64,000 bases of DNA from Schmidtea polychroa (Eukaryota). Shown here piece by piece: positions 1-12,115 of this stretch. A model generated the notes under the pieces. The model ran no database searches, was not told the origin of the DNA, and saw only the letters and a list, made by a program, of their open reading frames with translations. Each line of letters begins with the position of its first letter. The stretch's first letter is position 1. The position numbers were made by a program, and so were the translations under genes. The stretch spans positions 248,001 to 312,000 of the forward strand of contig JBJFYX010000024.1 of NCBI GenBank assembly GCA_044892525.1. The letters are read 5' to 3'.

Positions 1-273
1 ACCATCTTTTGTGGCCAACTCGTCCACAATCTCCCCAAGTGTTAGCTTTGGAACATAATTGAAAATTGTTTTTTGTATTAACTCACTTGTGCTCGCAACA
101 GCTGTTCTTTTGCAAGAAATTTTGTGGATATTTCGCATGTGGTTTATCATACCAGAAGTCGATCCGTTCGAATTAGTTATTTCTACTCCACATTTATTAC
201 ATTTTGCTTTATTGTCGGATTTGTTTGATGCTGGTATTTTTATAAAATATTCCCAAACCGTTGATGACATCAT
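1..273 (-). CDS. hAT transposase N-terminus with BED zinc finger (partial, runs off window)
   Basis: Manual translation from ATG at 273: MMSSTVWEYFIKIP...KAKCNKCGVEITNSNGSTSGMINHMRNIH...ELATKDG; W-x-x-F, CxxC and HxxxxH BED pattern. Not in the ORF track. Confidence 0.8.
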   Translation of the reverse strand, partial: MMSSTVWEYFIKIPASNKSDNKAKCNKCGVEITNSNGSTSGMINHMRNIHKISCKRTAVASTSELIQKTIFNYVPKLTLGEIVDELATKDG

Positions 274-817
274 TTGAGGGTTTATTTGGCCACTGAAAGT
301 GTTTCAAAAATTTGTTTAGTAATACAAATCTATGTATTATCTTAAAAGAATTATATAAGTACATATTCAAAATTTTAATTACCTACTCACCTATAGTTTT
401 AAAACAATATATAATACGTATAAACAACCTATAATTTACATCAAATCATTCAATAAATTCAACAAGAATCAAAATAATTATCCAATTATACAATCCAAGA
501 AAGTAAATTAATGAATTATAAATTTTAATTTGTAATCAATTTTAAAGTTTTTACAAATTTATTTGACAGCTATAATTTTATAGTGGGCATGGATTCTGAC
601 TGGTGGGCATGGATTCCGACTTACTATAAAGTATGAAAAATTGCATACAATCAGGCAAAATTAATATTTTGAGAGAATTTTTTTATTTTACGTAGCTTTA
701 AATGAAATAATTTTTGAAAACTGAAAACCGCGGTTTCTGCAGACGGTTTCCGGTTACGGTTTTTTGAGACGAAAACCGTGGTTTCCGTTTCCGGTTAACC
801 GAACCGTGCAAACTCTA
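1..817 (-). mobile_element. Left arm of a hAT DNA transposon
   Basis: Terminus on minus strand TAGAGTTTGCACGGTTCGGTTAACCGG at 817, with clustered AAACCG/CGGTTT subterminal motifs at about 720-805, upstream of the BED ORF. Confidence 0.65.
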
Positions 818-1620
818 TATGGGAGGTATAATTGCTAAATGAAAAGGGAAATATACTGAGAAGTGTTATAGATAAAATGGAGATATATTAAGTATTGCAT
901 TTATTTAAAATTATTTCATAAAAATTATCACTTTAATAAAAATATTTAGTAAATTTGTTGATTTTTAAAAAAAATATTTGTCGGGAGCATATAGATGATT
1001 AGAAAATAATTAGTTGAAAATAAATATTACTTTAAATTACTTTAATTTTAAATTTTAGACCTTAATTTACTATCATTTAAAAATTTGACCTTTGATCACT
1101 TAATTTAATATTTAGACCCTAATTTACCTATTTAAAATTAATTTACTTATCCATAATATACATTAATTTACGTATTTTAGACCATTGATTACTTAATTTA
1201 AAAATTTAACCTTTAATTCACTTATTTGTCTTTAATTTACCTATTTATCTTTATTAACTTAGCTATAATTTACGTTAATTTAAAAATTTAAGCCCAAAAT
1301 TTAATTTAATTTTAGACCCTTAATTTACTTACTTAGCCTAATTTACTTTAATTTTAATTTTTATTACAAATTCTCGACATTTTTCAATTTTTATTACTTA
1401 AGTTTAAAATAAAGACCTTCATTTACTAAAATAAATATCATAAAAAATGAATAAAATTTAACTTTGCTAATTTTTTATCTTTTATTTTGAAACCACCAAA
1501 TAATATCACTAGTCTAATTAGTATCATTATTTAATTTTCTACTAGTGATACTATTTAAATATTATCACTGATACTATTTGGAGTTTTCCGTGATTAGCAT
1601 TCAAAATCGATGTACTTGTG

Positions 1621-1658
1621 TTGTCGAATATATTCGACAAAAACACGGAAAGGGTTAA
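1621..1658. mobile_element. Isolated piggyBac-like terminus
   Basis: Perfect 20-bp palindrome TTGTCGAATATATTCGACAA (1621-1640) followed by ...GGAAAGGG|TTAA; no partner end found. Confidence 0.4.
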
Positions 1659-1739
1659 TTTAAAAATATAGCCTTTAATTTACTTGATTACCAAATATAG
1701 ACACTTAATTTACCTATTTAAAATCATGACACATTAATT

Positions 1740-2090
1740 ACCATGCTTTTTTATTGAGGACCCTTTTTTTACATTGAAAATATCCTGAGATCTTAAACTA
1801 CGATACTTTTTTAATGTTGACCCCCTTTTGTATAGAAAATCCCAGGACCTAGTAGATCCATTTTAATCATACTTAGAAAAATCTATGCTTTTTTAGCGAG
1901 GATAATATTTTGTATTGGAAATCTCAGGACACATCGAGACCCCCTCACTATAATTAGAAATATCCATGCTTTTTATTGATAGTTGGATTTTGTATTGAAA
2001 ATCCTGGGACCTATCGAGACCCCTTCACTCTAGTCAGAACTCCTTGGCTTTTTTAGCGAGAGTCAGATTTTGTATTAAAAATCCCTCTGA
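1740..2090. repeat. Degenerate tandem repeat, about 80-90 bp unit, about 4 copies
   Basis: Recurring ATGCTTTTTT...TTTTGTATTGAAAATCC...GGACC...GAGACCCC blocks. Confidence 0.45.
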
Positions 2091-3486
2091 TCAAGAAATG
2101 CCTACGACAGCGAAATTTCTTCTAAGGGGGTGGATGTAGTGCACCGGATGGTCGTGCTTCTTGGAGCTACTAACTACCTACTCTCCATCTTTCTGGAACA
2201 CTTTTTGATTACTTCCTTCCCGAAGTTCTACCGCACACCCATCGGAGAATAAGCAGGTAGTCCAGAATCGCATAGGTTTATTGAGTAGACTCCTTGCCCA
2301 CGATACTCCTCTGGGTCTCTGAAGTTGTGTCAGCAACGGTCAACGGTCAGTCAATATCTTTAAACGACGAAGGTCTCGCTTGAATGTCTTTTAAAATTTC
2401 CCTTGTTATCTCCAACAGTTCACTTCTCGCTGTATTCCTACAATAAAAATAGTAAGCTTTCTTATCTAATACATCAAAACAATGAATATAATAAATTATA
2501 AGACGATATTACCTTAACTGTATTCCTAATTGCTACAATAGATACGGAAAACATCCCAGATATCCCATTTATGTGCTGATTTATGATTATTTTTTAATGT
2601 CTAGAATATTATCACACTTTTTTCCATGCTTGCAATGTGTTAAATAACCACAAACAAAAATATTACGAAATTAATCAAGTTAAACAAAAAAAATAATTAT
2701 ACATTTGAAATTAAATATGTTTTTGTGTAAATGTTCTCAATTCTGTTTTACGCACTGTAGTTAAAAATTTTTATATTATTGTACATTACTTCATTTTTAA
2801 ATATATAAAATCAAATTATTTAAGGTATATACATTTATTTAATTTCATTGATGTACATACTGTTGGGTCGTTTGAGGGCGATATCGAAAGATCGATAATT
2901 AAAACTAACCCATGTTTACCCACAGTAACAGATCATTTTGGTTCTGTACTCAGTGGCTGTGTTTGAGTAGACAGGTGAACTTCATTACCAAAACTACTAT
3001 CTCCTTGAGACCCATCTGTGACTATAGGTACGACATATCTTCAATCAGTGACTGTACTAACGCCAGAAGTTTTACTCTTGGTTGTGGCGACTTGAAATAA
3101 CCCTGAACGACTACGACAGAAAATCAATGGAACATGACATCAATCAAAACAAAATAAGTCGAGGGAAACTAAATTAAATCGAAATATACTATGACGAGTC
3201 AACACAAGAAAACACAATATCTTTCAAAAATTACGTATTTGAAATATTTTCCTCCTAGAATTTAAAAGTAGCCTAACAGGCTGATTTGGTAAATGTTAAA
3301 GTAGATACCAACAGCATTTTAAACCGCCTAAAAACTCACTTTTACATTTGCGTAAATAAATTCATATATATCTCATAAAGTAAGGTCAAATGGACTTTGG
3401 CATCATAGTACTCAATAATAAGTATTTTTAAATGGAAAAATTTACAATAATTTTTAATTTTAATGACTTTTTTTCAATGTTATCTA

Positions 3487-4036
3487 TGTTACAGTGAATT
3501 TGTATTACCAGTGAGAATATATTTTCACTGGTGAAAATATATTTTCGCTAAGCCGGTCAGTGAATGTATATCTAACAATGAAGATACAAATTCACTGGTT
3601 ACATTTAGTGAGTTTGTATTCATTGACAAGCGAGAATTCGCCGCGTGGAAATATTTGGCCGTAAGTGTCGATGTGTCACCCTACCAACTGTCAATTTGAA
3701 TTCGCTTCTCATCACGACTAAACTTTTCCATCATCGACGCTAACCTCTCTATTTTGAATAATAACGACCTTGCTGCTTTCGTCCACGGATTACCGACGAT
3801 CTGTCTTCGTCTAATACTATACATTTTAATACTCTCAAGGTATTCAATTAGGTTAATTATTATAGGTTAATTCAATTATAAGTTAGGGTAGAATACACAT
3901 TCACTAAAACTTGCTAGTGAAGTTGTATTTTCACAAGTAGAAATATATTTCCACTGGTGAAAACGTATTCGGATATGAATTCACTGAAACGTTAGTGAAA
4001 ATATATTCTCATTGATAATACAAATTCACTGTAACA
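3487..4036. mobile_element. 550-bp non-autonomous TIR element (MITE), Ginger-like termini
   Basis: About 43-bp TIR TGTTACAGTGAATTTGTATTA.CA.TGAGAATATATTTTCACT at both ends; 4-bp TSD TCTA (3483-3486 and 4037-4040); internal TTCACT/AGTGAA subterminal repeats. Confidence 0.75.
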
Positions 4037-4134
4037 TCTATATTAAATTTGTTTTCCAAGTTTTTAGAGGCTTCAAACTTATTTAATTTTAATTCAATTT
4101 TATTTTTAATTTCTTTCTTGCTAATAAATTTCAG

Positions 4135-4785
4135 ACACGAGGAAATTAGAATCCCAATTCCAAACGATGTTTTATCAGGAATAAATAAAAATAATCTTTA
4201 TCGCTCAATTAAAATAATTTTACATACTAATGATAAAGTCGAAACAAAAATTGCCCAGGCAACTATAGATTGGGATGAAATTAAAGTAAATTTGTATTAA
4301 TAGTTTAGACAAATAGGTTTTCTAAAAGGATTTAGATTTACAGATATTTAAAGAATATGATTTTCGAGGAGATATGGTTACGCCACCGCCATTGTCAGAT
4401 GAGAAACCATTTTTAAATCTTGAGCCAATGATGTTTCCTTTGTATGAATATTTTGAAAATGGTAATTCGGAAAGTTCATCAGCTCAAATAGGACAGTTAC
4501 CAATTAGCTGTTTTTATTCACGAAAAGAAAATCAAATATTGTTTCATAGATCAACTGGTACTATTATTTCTTTTTTTAATACTTTTTAACAATTTTAAAG
4601 AAACCCATCATGTTAACCGACTTGTAGAAGAATTAACTGGAATTAATCTCGACAAGATAACCAAAAATGAACTACAACAAGAAAAAGTTGATGAATCATT
4701 ATCTCCGCGTTTAGAAACTCCTGAACCAGTATGTGAAATTTGTTTTAACTCTAGAATGCGCCATTCTTATATGAGAAAAAAATAA
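4135..4785 (+). CDS. Three 3' exons of an unidentified spliced protein
   Basis: Exons 4135-4285, 4344-4557 and 4601-4785 join in frame across GT-AG introns of 58 and 43 nt, giving ...IDWDEIK|IFKEYDFRGDMVTPPPLSDEKPF...RST|ETHHVNRLVEELTG...CEICFNSRMRHSYMRKK*. No family recognised; the 5' part was not resolved. Confidence 0.55.
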
Positions 4786-5030
4786 AACTATTTAGTTATA
4801 AAATTTAAATTGATTGAGGTAAATGGAGTGATCCCTAATGGAACAGGTCTTCACTGTCGCAGACCCCTCTCCCTTCATGCTGAGGAAAAAAGCTAAACAA
4901 ATTTGCCTAATATTTTTGTAAGTAGTTCAAGTCATATTTAAGCTATAGCCCCCGCTAGAACAGTAATTTTATTATATATAGTTTTATTATATATAATACA
5001 CACACATAGTTTTATTAAATAAATAATCAC

Positions 5031-5395
5031 CTTCCGTGTTATCTTACCCCCAAAAATTAAATTAAAAAAGAACACATATAATTATTATATTTATTTTCCA
5101 AATCACAGTTACAAACTCAGCAAATGTTTGTAAAGAGTTTGTAAATGGTCATCCAGGTGGCCAGAAAACCACAATGTCGTTGAGAATAGTGTCGAACACA
5201 TCGGCACTGTTGCTTAGAACACGTTTGCGCCACATAAATTCACAATCACATAATCACATAAATCACAGATAGCCTTAATAAATTCATGTTCAATAATGTT
5301 CAATAATGTCATCAATAATGTAATCTCTCATTTTTTATATTGTTATTTTAATTGTATTTTATAATTTAATTTTTGGGGGTAAGATAACACGGAAG
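5031..5395. mobile_element. Small element bounded by 33-bp inverted repeats
   Basis: CTTCCGTGTTATCTTACCCCCAAAAATTAAATT (5031-5063) and its reverse complement (5363-5395); no TSD identified. Confidence 0.55.
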
Positions 5396-5856
5396 TACCT
5401 ATATATATATATATTTATTATGACATATTGGGTAAATTAGAACATGTATTACAAAAAATATGGAGAAATTATTGAATTTTTTGGTAGACTACTGGTGCCA
5501 TCTATTATTGAAATGGGTCACTACTTCCTGGATAACCATTATAGAAAAATATGAAATCACGCCTTTAACAAGTGCATCCATGTGAGTACAGTGGGATGTA
5601 ATGGGTTAAACATAGTTAGAACAGCGTATATCTAATATGTTGTTCATGTCAATTTTTATTTAAATATTGTCGATTTTATTAATTTTTGAATTTTCTTAAA
5701 ATGGAAGGGTTCAAAACATTTTATAATCACAATTTTTGACGTGTAGATAGAATAGTGTGTGCACTACATTTCCTCGTGCTATTTAGATCTCCTAGGGTTC
5801 AACAATGGTGAATCAAAGCCTTTAGAGAGTAAGAAAAATTTATTTTCACAAACATG

Positions 5857-6547
5857 ATTTTCGACTAAAAGATAGTCCTTGTCAATCTCCTGGAATTTAG
5901 CAATGTTCTTCTCCAAAATACCTTTCAATCTTTCTTTTATTTCCTTTCTCTTAATTCTCATTAGTTGTAAATATAATTAATTTTTTTATTAAAATCTTTT
6001 AAAATTTTTACATTTAAAATTCCAAAATGACACAAACTAAAAATTTTAAAATCTTTTTATACAGCTTCTATAATTAGTTTCTAGAAGCCTAATAAAATAT
6101 GTCAAAATATTCTAAATAAAGCCTCCAATAACCACATATATGCTATTTAAATATTTCAATAAATGTGTCAATTTTGATTTTCAAATCCTATTTTTAAAAA
6201 AAAAAAATTTAAAATTTTTTTAAAAATAGGATTTGAAAATCAAAATTGACACATTTATTGAAATATTTAAATAGCATATATAAGTGGTTATTGGAGGCTT
6301 TATTTTAGAATATTATGAAATATTTTATTAGGCTTCTAGAAGCTAATTATAGAAGCTGTATTTTTAGTTTGTGTCATTTTGGAATTTTAAATGTAAAAAT
6401 TTTAAAAGTTTTTAATAAAAAAATTCATTATATTTACAACCAATGAGAATTAAGAGAAAGTAAATAAAAGAAAGATTGAAAGGTATTTTGGAGATGAACA
6501 TTGCTAAATTCCAGGAGATTGACAAGGACTATCTTATAGTCGAAAAT
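5857..6547. repeat. About 690-bp imperfect palindrome (fold-back inverted duplication)
   Basis: Arm 5857-about 6205 is the reverse complement of about 6212-6547 with scattered substitutions and small indels. Confidence 0.9.
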
Positions 6548-6605
6548 TTTTTCATTAAATACATTATTTGCAGCAAAAGGCTTAAATTATCATTTTATTG
6601 GTTTA

Positions 6606-6687
<82 letters not shown>
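6606..6687. repeat. (AAT)n microsatellite
   Basis: Direct reading. Confidence 0.98.
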
Positions 6688-6690
<3 letters not shown>

Positions 6691-6929
6691 TACAAATCAA
6701 CTAAATAATAAATTAACCAAAATATTTTAACCCTATTATTAACAATAACAAATATCAATACCGACAACCAATAAAAGTAATTGATAATCAGTTTTACCTA
6801 ATAAATTGTAACCGATTGGCAGGTGGTGGAAAAAAGTTTTACAAATGAATTTTTATTTCATAATTAGTTATATTTTTTATTAATTCGTTTCACGATTTGT
6901 TGTGATTTCTTTGAAAATTAAAATTATTT

Positions 6930-7654
6930 CTCAAGAAACACTTAACGTAATTCAGGATTATATTTTTGACCCATTTTATTACAACTCTTTTAAGGCAACA
7001 GTTTTAAAATCTGAATTCGATGCTATTAAAAGTGAATTTGAAGAAAAATTAAATGCGATTCGTGAATATTATGAGTAAAAAGCTTCATAATTGTAAATAT
7101 TTTCGAACATTAATTTAGAAATAAAATAAGCGAAATTTCAGAATTTAATGTCAAACTATCTGAAAAGGAACCTACTAGACCACCAAGTGTATATCATAAA
7201 GATTGCTCTGTGAGCCCTATCTTTCCTTACAGATCTGTTCCAGGTAATACACGTTTAGAAAAACGAGAGATTCGGCAAGTTGATAATGTTAATGAAAATC
7301 ATTTCTCATCAAAAAGTCGTGATACATTATCCACTAGTGGGCCAGATGATCTAGTTTGTTTAAATTTTTAAGCATTTTAATGATTTATTAAAATTGATCA
7401 GAATGAAAATTTTAATACAACTTTTGATTTACCCGAGAAAACTAATTCTGCAAACAATTCAGTTTTCAAACCTAATTTACCTGAAGGTTTCCTTGACCGA
7501 GTATCATTTTTCTCTGAAAAATCAAATAAGTACAAAGAAGATTTGGCTAATAAAATCAAAACTGAAATTTCAAGAGTAATTGAAGATAAATTAACAGAAT
7601 TATATAAATTAAATTCTGATTTAACCGAAGAGGATGTTTCTCTGGCTCTTACCG
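6930..7654 (+). CDS. Internal exons of an unidentified spliced protein (coiled-coil-like)
   Basis: Frame is preserved across introns 7075-7118 and 7354-7401: ...KSEFEEKLNAIREYYE NKISEISEFNV...SGPDDL|NENFNTTFDLP...EEDVSLALT, then a GTATG donor at 7655. Start coordinate is approximate. Confidence 0.45.
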
Positions 7655-8181
7655 GTATGAAAATATTGTATATTTTATTCATTCATTTCTTATCAATAAA
7701 TTTAACGGATAATGACCATATTTTTAATAATATGAGGTGAGGTATGCTCCGGTTATTTTGACCAAATTTAACTTTTACTTCTTAAAAATACATCGAAAAA
7801 TATTTTCATCATAAAACGAACCAAGATCCTAAGAAAATTTAAATCCTAACCTTAGATACTTACAATTATAGATAAACCTATCCCCAATTACAAGGTGCTT
7901 ATTGTTATTATAAATAAAAGTTGTTGTTGATTAAGTTATTTATCATTAATATTTTTAATTATTGTAATTATTGTAACTTGAAAACCCAGCAAACATTCGC
8001 TAGTAACATACACACACCCCGATTGTCCCGCCACACTTTTTATCGGTGACTCTATCGGGTCCTTCAGATCTCATTTACATAAATTAACAAGACATAAATC
8101 AACATAAATTAACCACTATAATAGTATTTATATTATAAAAAGCCAAATCAATGTCCATTCGGTGATAATCAATTGGCAGTT

Positions 8182-8183
<2 letters not shown>

Positions 8184-8248
<65 letters not shown>
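8184..8248. repeat. (TA)n microsatellite
   Basis: Direct reading. Confidence 0.98.
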
Positions 8249-8252
<4 letters not shown>

Positions 8253-9210
8253 TAATATAGTTATTAAAAATTAATTTTAATTAGATATGTGTTTACCAGC
8301 AATGTTTATGCCATTCACTAATTCTACGGGAACAATTTATAATCCAAGAGCCCATCAATATTTTCATCCAATAGGATTTAAAAACTTTCGATTGTCTCAA
8401 GCACCTTCAATTTTTAAATTACCACCAATAAAAAATGTTAGTAAAATGGATTTTATAATTATTTTAAAAAATATTTTAGAATCAATTATCTATTCTCAAT
8501 TTATTTGAAATAGGAAATCATATGCAAATAAGAAATTACGAAAATGATTTCAATAATCCCATGATGAATAAGAAAACTTTAAATACATCAACAAAATTAG
8601 GCCAACAAGAAAGTGCAAAAATATTTTCCGCCGATAATTGAGTAATACTGCCAAAATAAATAATGTTGCTTTTATTTTAATTATTCTTTTATTTTAATTA
8701 TTCTTTTATTTTAATTTCTCTAAAATCTAATTAAGACTAAATGAAAGCTTTGTAGCTGATGATGATTTGCAGAGGAACTATCTTCACCATAACAAACCAT
8801 ATACACGATTTTCTCCAAAATCTCAAATAATTTACTCAAACTCATAATATGTGATTTTATAAATTATACAAAAGTTTTCATTGTTAAAGTGGTTCTCGAC
8901 GAAATTTGCAAAATCAAAACTACCTATTCGTTTGGCTACCGTGGAATTATGAAACTGTGATATTTTTATTATTTATTTTTTGGTGGGGTTTTTAATGACG
9001 AATGTGACGTCAGATAATCAACATTCAAGATGGTTTATTCAACATGAGAAATTATATATTTCATAAGCGTCCAGACGTTAAAATTACAGGATTTTAGGAT
9101 TTTATCCAAGTAGAGAAATGTGAGCTCATAGGAAAATTTAAAAATATAACAATTTTTATTATAAGAACTTTTTTTCTTCCAATTTCACCGCTGATTATTT
9201 TTTCCATTGA

Positions 9211-9387
9211 ATTTATTAAAAAGAGAGTTTGAAGACTATAAATCAGTAATATCTCGATGTTGGTTGATACTCACAAATTTTCGGCACTGCCTTTTCACTT
9301 GAAAAATGTAGACCCGAAAATTCGTGAGTATCAACAAACATCGATATATTACTGATTTATAGTCTTCAAACCCTGCTTTTAATAAAT
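9211..9387. repeat. 177-bp hairpin (about 73-bp arms, about 30-nt loop)
   Basis: 9211-9284 pairs with 9314-9387 (GTTTGAAGACTATAAATCAGTAATAT...ATATTACTGATTTATAGTCTTCAAAC). Confidence 0.85.
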
Positions 9388-11613
9388 AACAATTTTTATT
9401 ATTTTTTATTGATTTTCGAGTCAGTTCCTTTTGTTGGGCAAATACTAGGAAAACAAATAAATTGTTTAGTTGATCAAAAAAGATAACTAAAATGCCAGAA
9501 ATTCAATTTGAAAAGAAAAGATTAGGGGAAATACAGAAAATAAATAAAAATATAAAATAAACTAAGAAAGAAAAGAAAATATAGTGAAAATTTGATTAAG
9601 ACACAAAAATAGGCAAATAAGATAAAGATCAACAATTAAAATACAAGAAAATGAAAAATATCGAAACGCTAATGAAAACAAAAATTTAATAATCAAAAAA
9701 TAGAAAAATATCAAATACGACGTAATTAATGCCAATAAGTGGCAAATAAAATACGAAAAATAGTACGAAAGCAGGGGTGAATAAACGGATCACCTACACC
9801 AGCAAATTTGAGGAAAATTGGAATAAATGGAAGAATAAAAATAAAAAAAATTAACAGAAAAGGCTCGGAAAAACAATCGAAGATAGAGAAAGCAATTAAA
9901 GGATAGCGATATAAATATAGTTGAAAATTATAGATTTGCAATCGAAATACATTATTTATATAAATATGATAATTTTAAAAACATCATTTTAGCAAGTTAA
10001 AGTCTAAATATTTGTATAAGTATTTATAATATTAATTATTTTTTTTAATATTAAAATTTATAATATTAACCTATCCATCCGACCTTTTCCTTCCCTTTCT
10101 CAATAATATATTTTTAACTTCTTTGCATATACACACTCCGATCTCGTGAATCTGACACAAGCGGAGATTTCGCCGTGAAACGAAGTTGCAATTTTTGCCA
10201 ACCGGCCACACTCTTCTGGTCACCGAACTTCTCAAACTACGCCCAGATATCTATTCTTTTATGATCTGCGGGTTTAAATTTGCTTTTAGTTTTGAAATGT
10301 TTAATATTGGATACAGACTGTTAGTTTTGATTTTGAATTTTCTCCTGTGTTTTAGTGAGTCTGTGAGTGAGTCTGACTTTTGATATTAGTAATTTATTTT
10401 GATAATAAGTTTGTGTAGATTGAGTAAATTGTTACTATTTTGTGTGTGTAGAATGTGTTTTTGGGAAATCATTTTTGAGTGCTTGAGTTTGTTAGTGCCT
10501 AATTTTCTTTTTGCTCGGGTACTTATATTCGAGTTTTTAACTCAGGTACAAGTCCACGCCATATCGATCTGTCGTTTCAGAATCTACTTTTTATTAATGT
10601 TGAAAAATAACTTTATTAAAGTTCGAATAAAATAGCAATTTTTTATATTTAATTTAATTGATTTAATTAGTTAATTAATCTTATTTTTATTAAATTTAAC
10701 AATTTGATTTTATAAATTTTATGATTTAAATAATTTAAACTAATTTTATTTTAAGTAGATGGATATGTCCAATCCTCACCATGTCCTATCCACACCACTA
10801 CCCACCCCCTGGAGAATATCCAGGCCAACTCGGAATTTTATAACGGCCACGAAAAGATAAAGTCTTTATATAGAAAAATGCATAGATTCCATGGAAATGA
10901 CCTCCAAAGTCTCTAAATTTATGCCATAATTTAATAACTTCTATATATTATGGTCACACCAGTCTTATATTATAGAATTAAAATCGTATACTTCAACACA
11001 CGACGAGACAGTGAATAACATCAGCATCAAATGCCATAATATAACATCATTCATATATTATCAAACATAGAAAATCTTATATTATGGAAATAAAATCAAC
11101 AACATTCAACACACAGTGTGACAAAGATCAAAAGTTTAAAATTAATACTTATAAATTCTTTATATAAATATGAAAGTTCTTTAAAGTGAAAGTCAAACCA
11201 TTTGACTTAGAAAAAATTTTGAAAAATAAAAATGCCTGGATAAATTTTGGAAAATTTAGACTTAGAAATTTTTATATAAAAATACTTGAAAAAAATCAAC
11301 AAATTACTAGAAAAAATCACTTAGGATATTTACAAAATATTTCCCAACTCAAAATTTTCCCAAAATTAAAAAAGTTCCAAAATTAATTTTCCCAAATTTC
11401 CCTAACTCAAAAATTTCCCAAATTTTAAAAAGTCCGAAGGGGCAGGTGCGGTAGTTTGTAAATTTTTACAACCAGCCCCACTAGGGGCTGGAGGATTAAT
11501 TTTTATTTTATGTTTAACCAATCATATTCTTTTATTAATAATACATTTCAACAACAAAAATATAAATATACTAACATTTCAACAATTATTTATAAATGAT
11601 GCAAATAACATTT

Positions 11614-12115
11614 ATGATTGACTTGTTGAATGGTCTTGTCTCCAACAAAAAAACAAACGAGTTGATTAATAATCTACAATTCATTGTTAAGCTCACAGAA
11701 AAAGTCATTGAAGATAATTATATATAGTACAACACTATAATGAATTTGGAGACAGTCCAACAAAAGAAAAAATTATTCGAGGAAATATTTTATACATCAT
11801 TTGATGATGAAATTACATGGTCCCGAATTATTATAGGTTTCATGTGTATGAAACATATTTTAGAGAAATCGGGATCAGACTTTGAAAATTATTTTCAATG
11901 GTCTGTAGAGGTATCATTTTGATTGATCAAACTAACATCATCATTATTTAGATTAGTAAATCAAAAATTATGGGTGGATGGATTATGATGATTAGACTAC
12001 TAAAAAAGCAAAAGAAAATGATGCCAGATGTGAAAAATTAAAGAATTTATTGAAAATACTGATTGGGTTAGGAGTTGTATATACATGTATAAAAGTGTAT
12101 CAAAAACTATTATAA
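11614..12115 (+). pseudogene. Bcl-2 family homolog with one intron, one nonsense codon and one frameshift
   Basis: BH1-like FDDEITWSRIIIGF. A 41-nt intron (11911-11951; GT...ACTAAC...TAG) splices in frame to BH2-like KIMGGW. After a +1 shift comes a C-terminal hydrophobic anchor ILIGLGVVYTCIKVYQKLL*. About 150 aa when reconstructed. Confidence 0.7.

Noticed and set aside
2861-3134. TG...CA-bounded GC-richer block as a solo LTR
   Set aside because: Ends are not inverted complements beyond 4 bp and there is no TSD.
7984-8000. CCCAGCAAACATT as a DNA-transposon terminus
   Set aside because: No partner inverted end found in the window.
8287-8660. Possible mitochondrial insertion (minus frame reads Trp-rich if TGA=W)
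   Set aside because: No recognisable mitochondrial protein motif, and TAA/TAG stops remain in all frames.
11472-11491. GC hairpin CCAGCCCC-ACTA-GGGGCTGG as a Helitron 3' end or Polinton terminus
   Set aside because: No CTRR end at the expected distance on either strand, and no matching second terminus or AGT-repeat end found.
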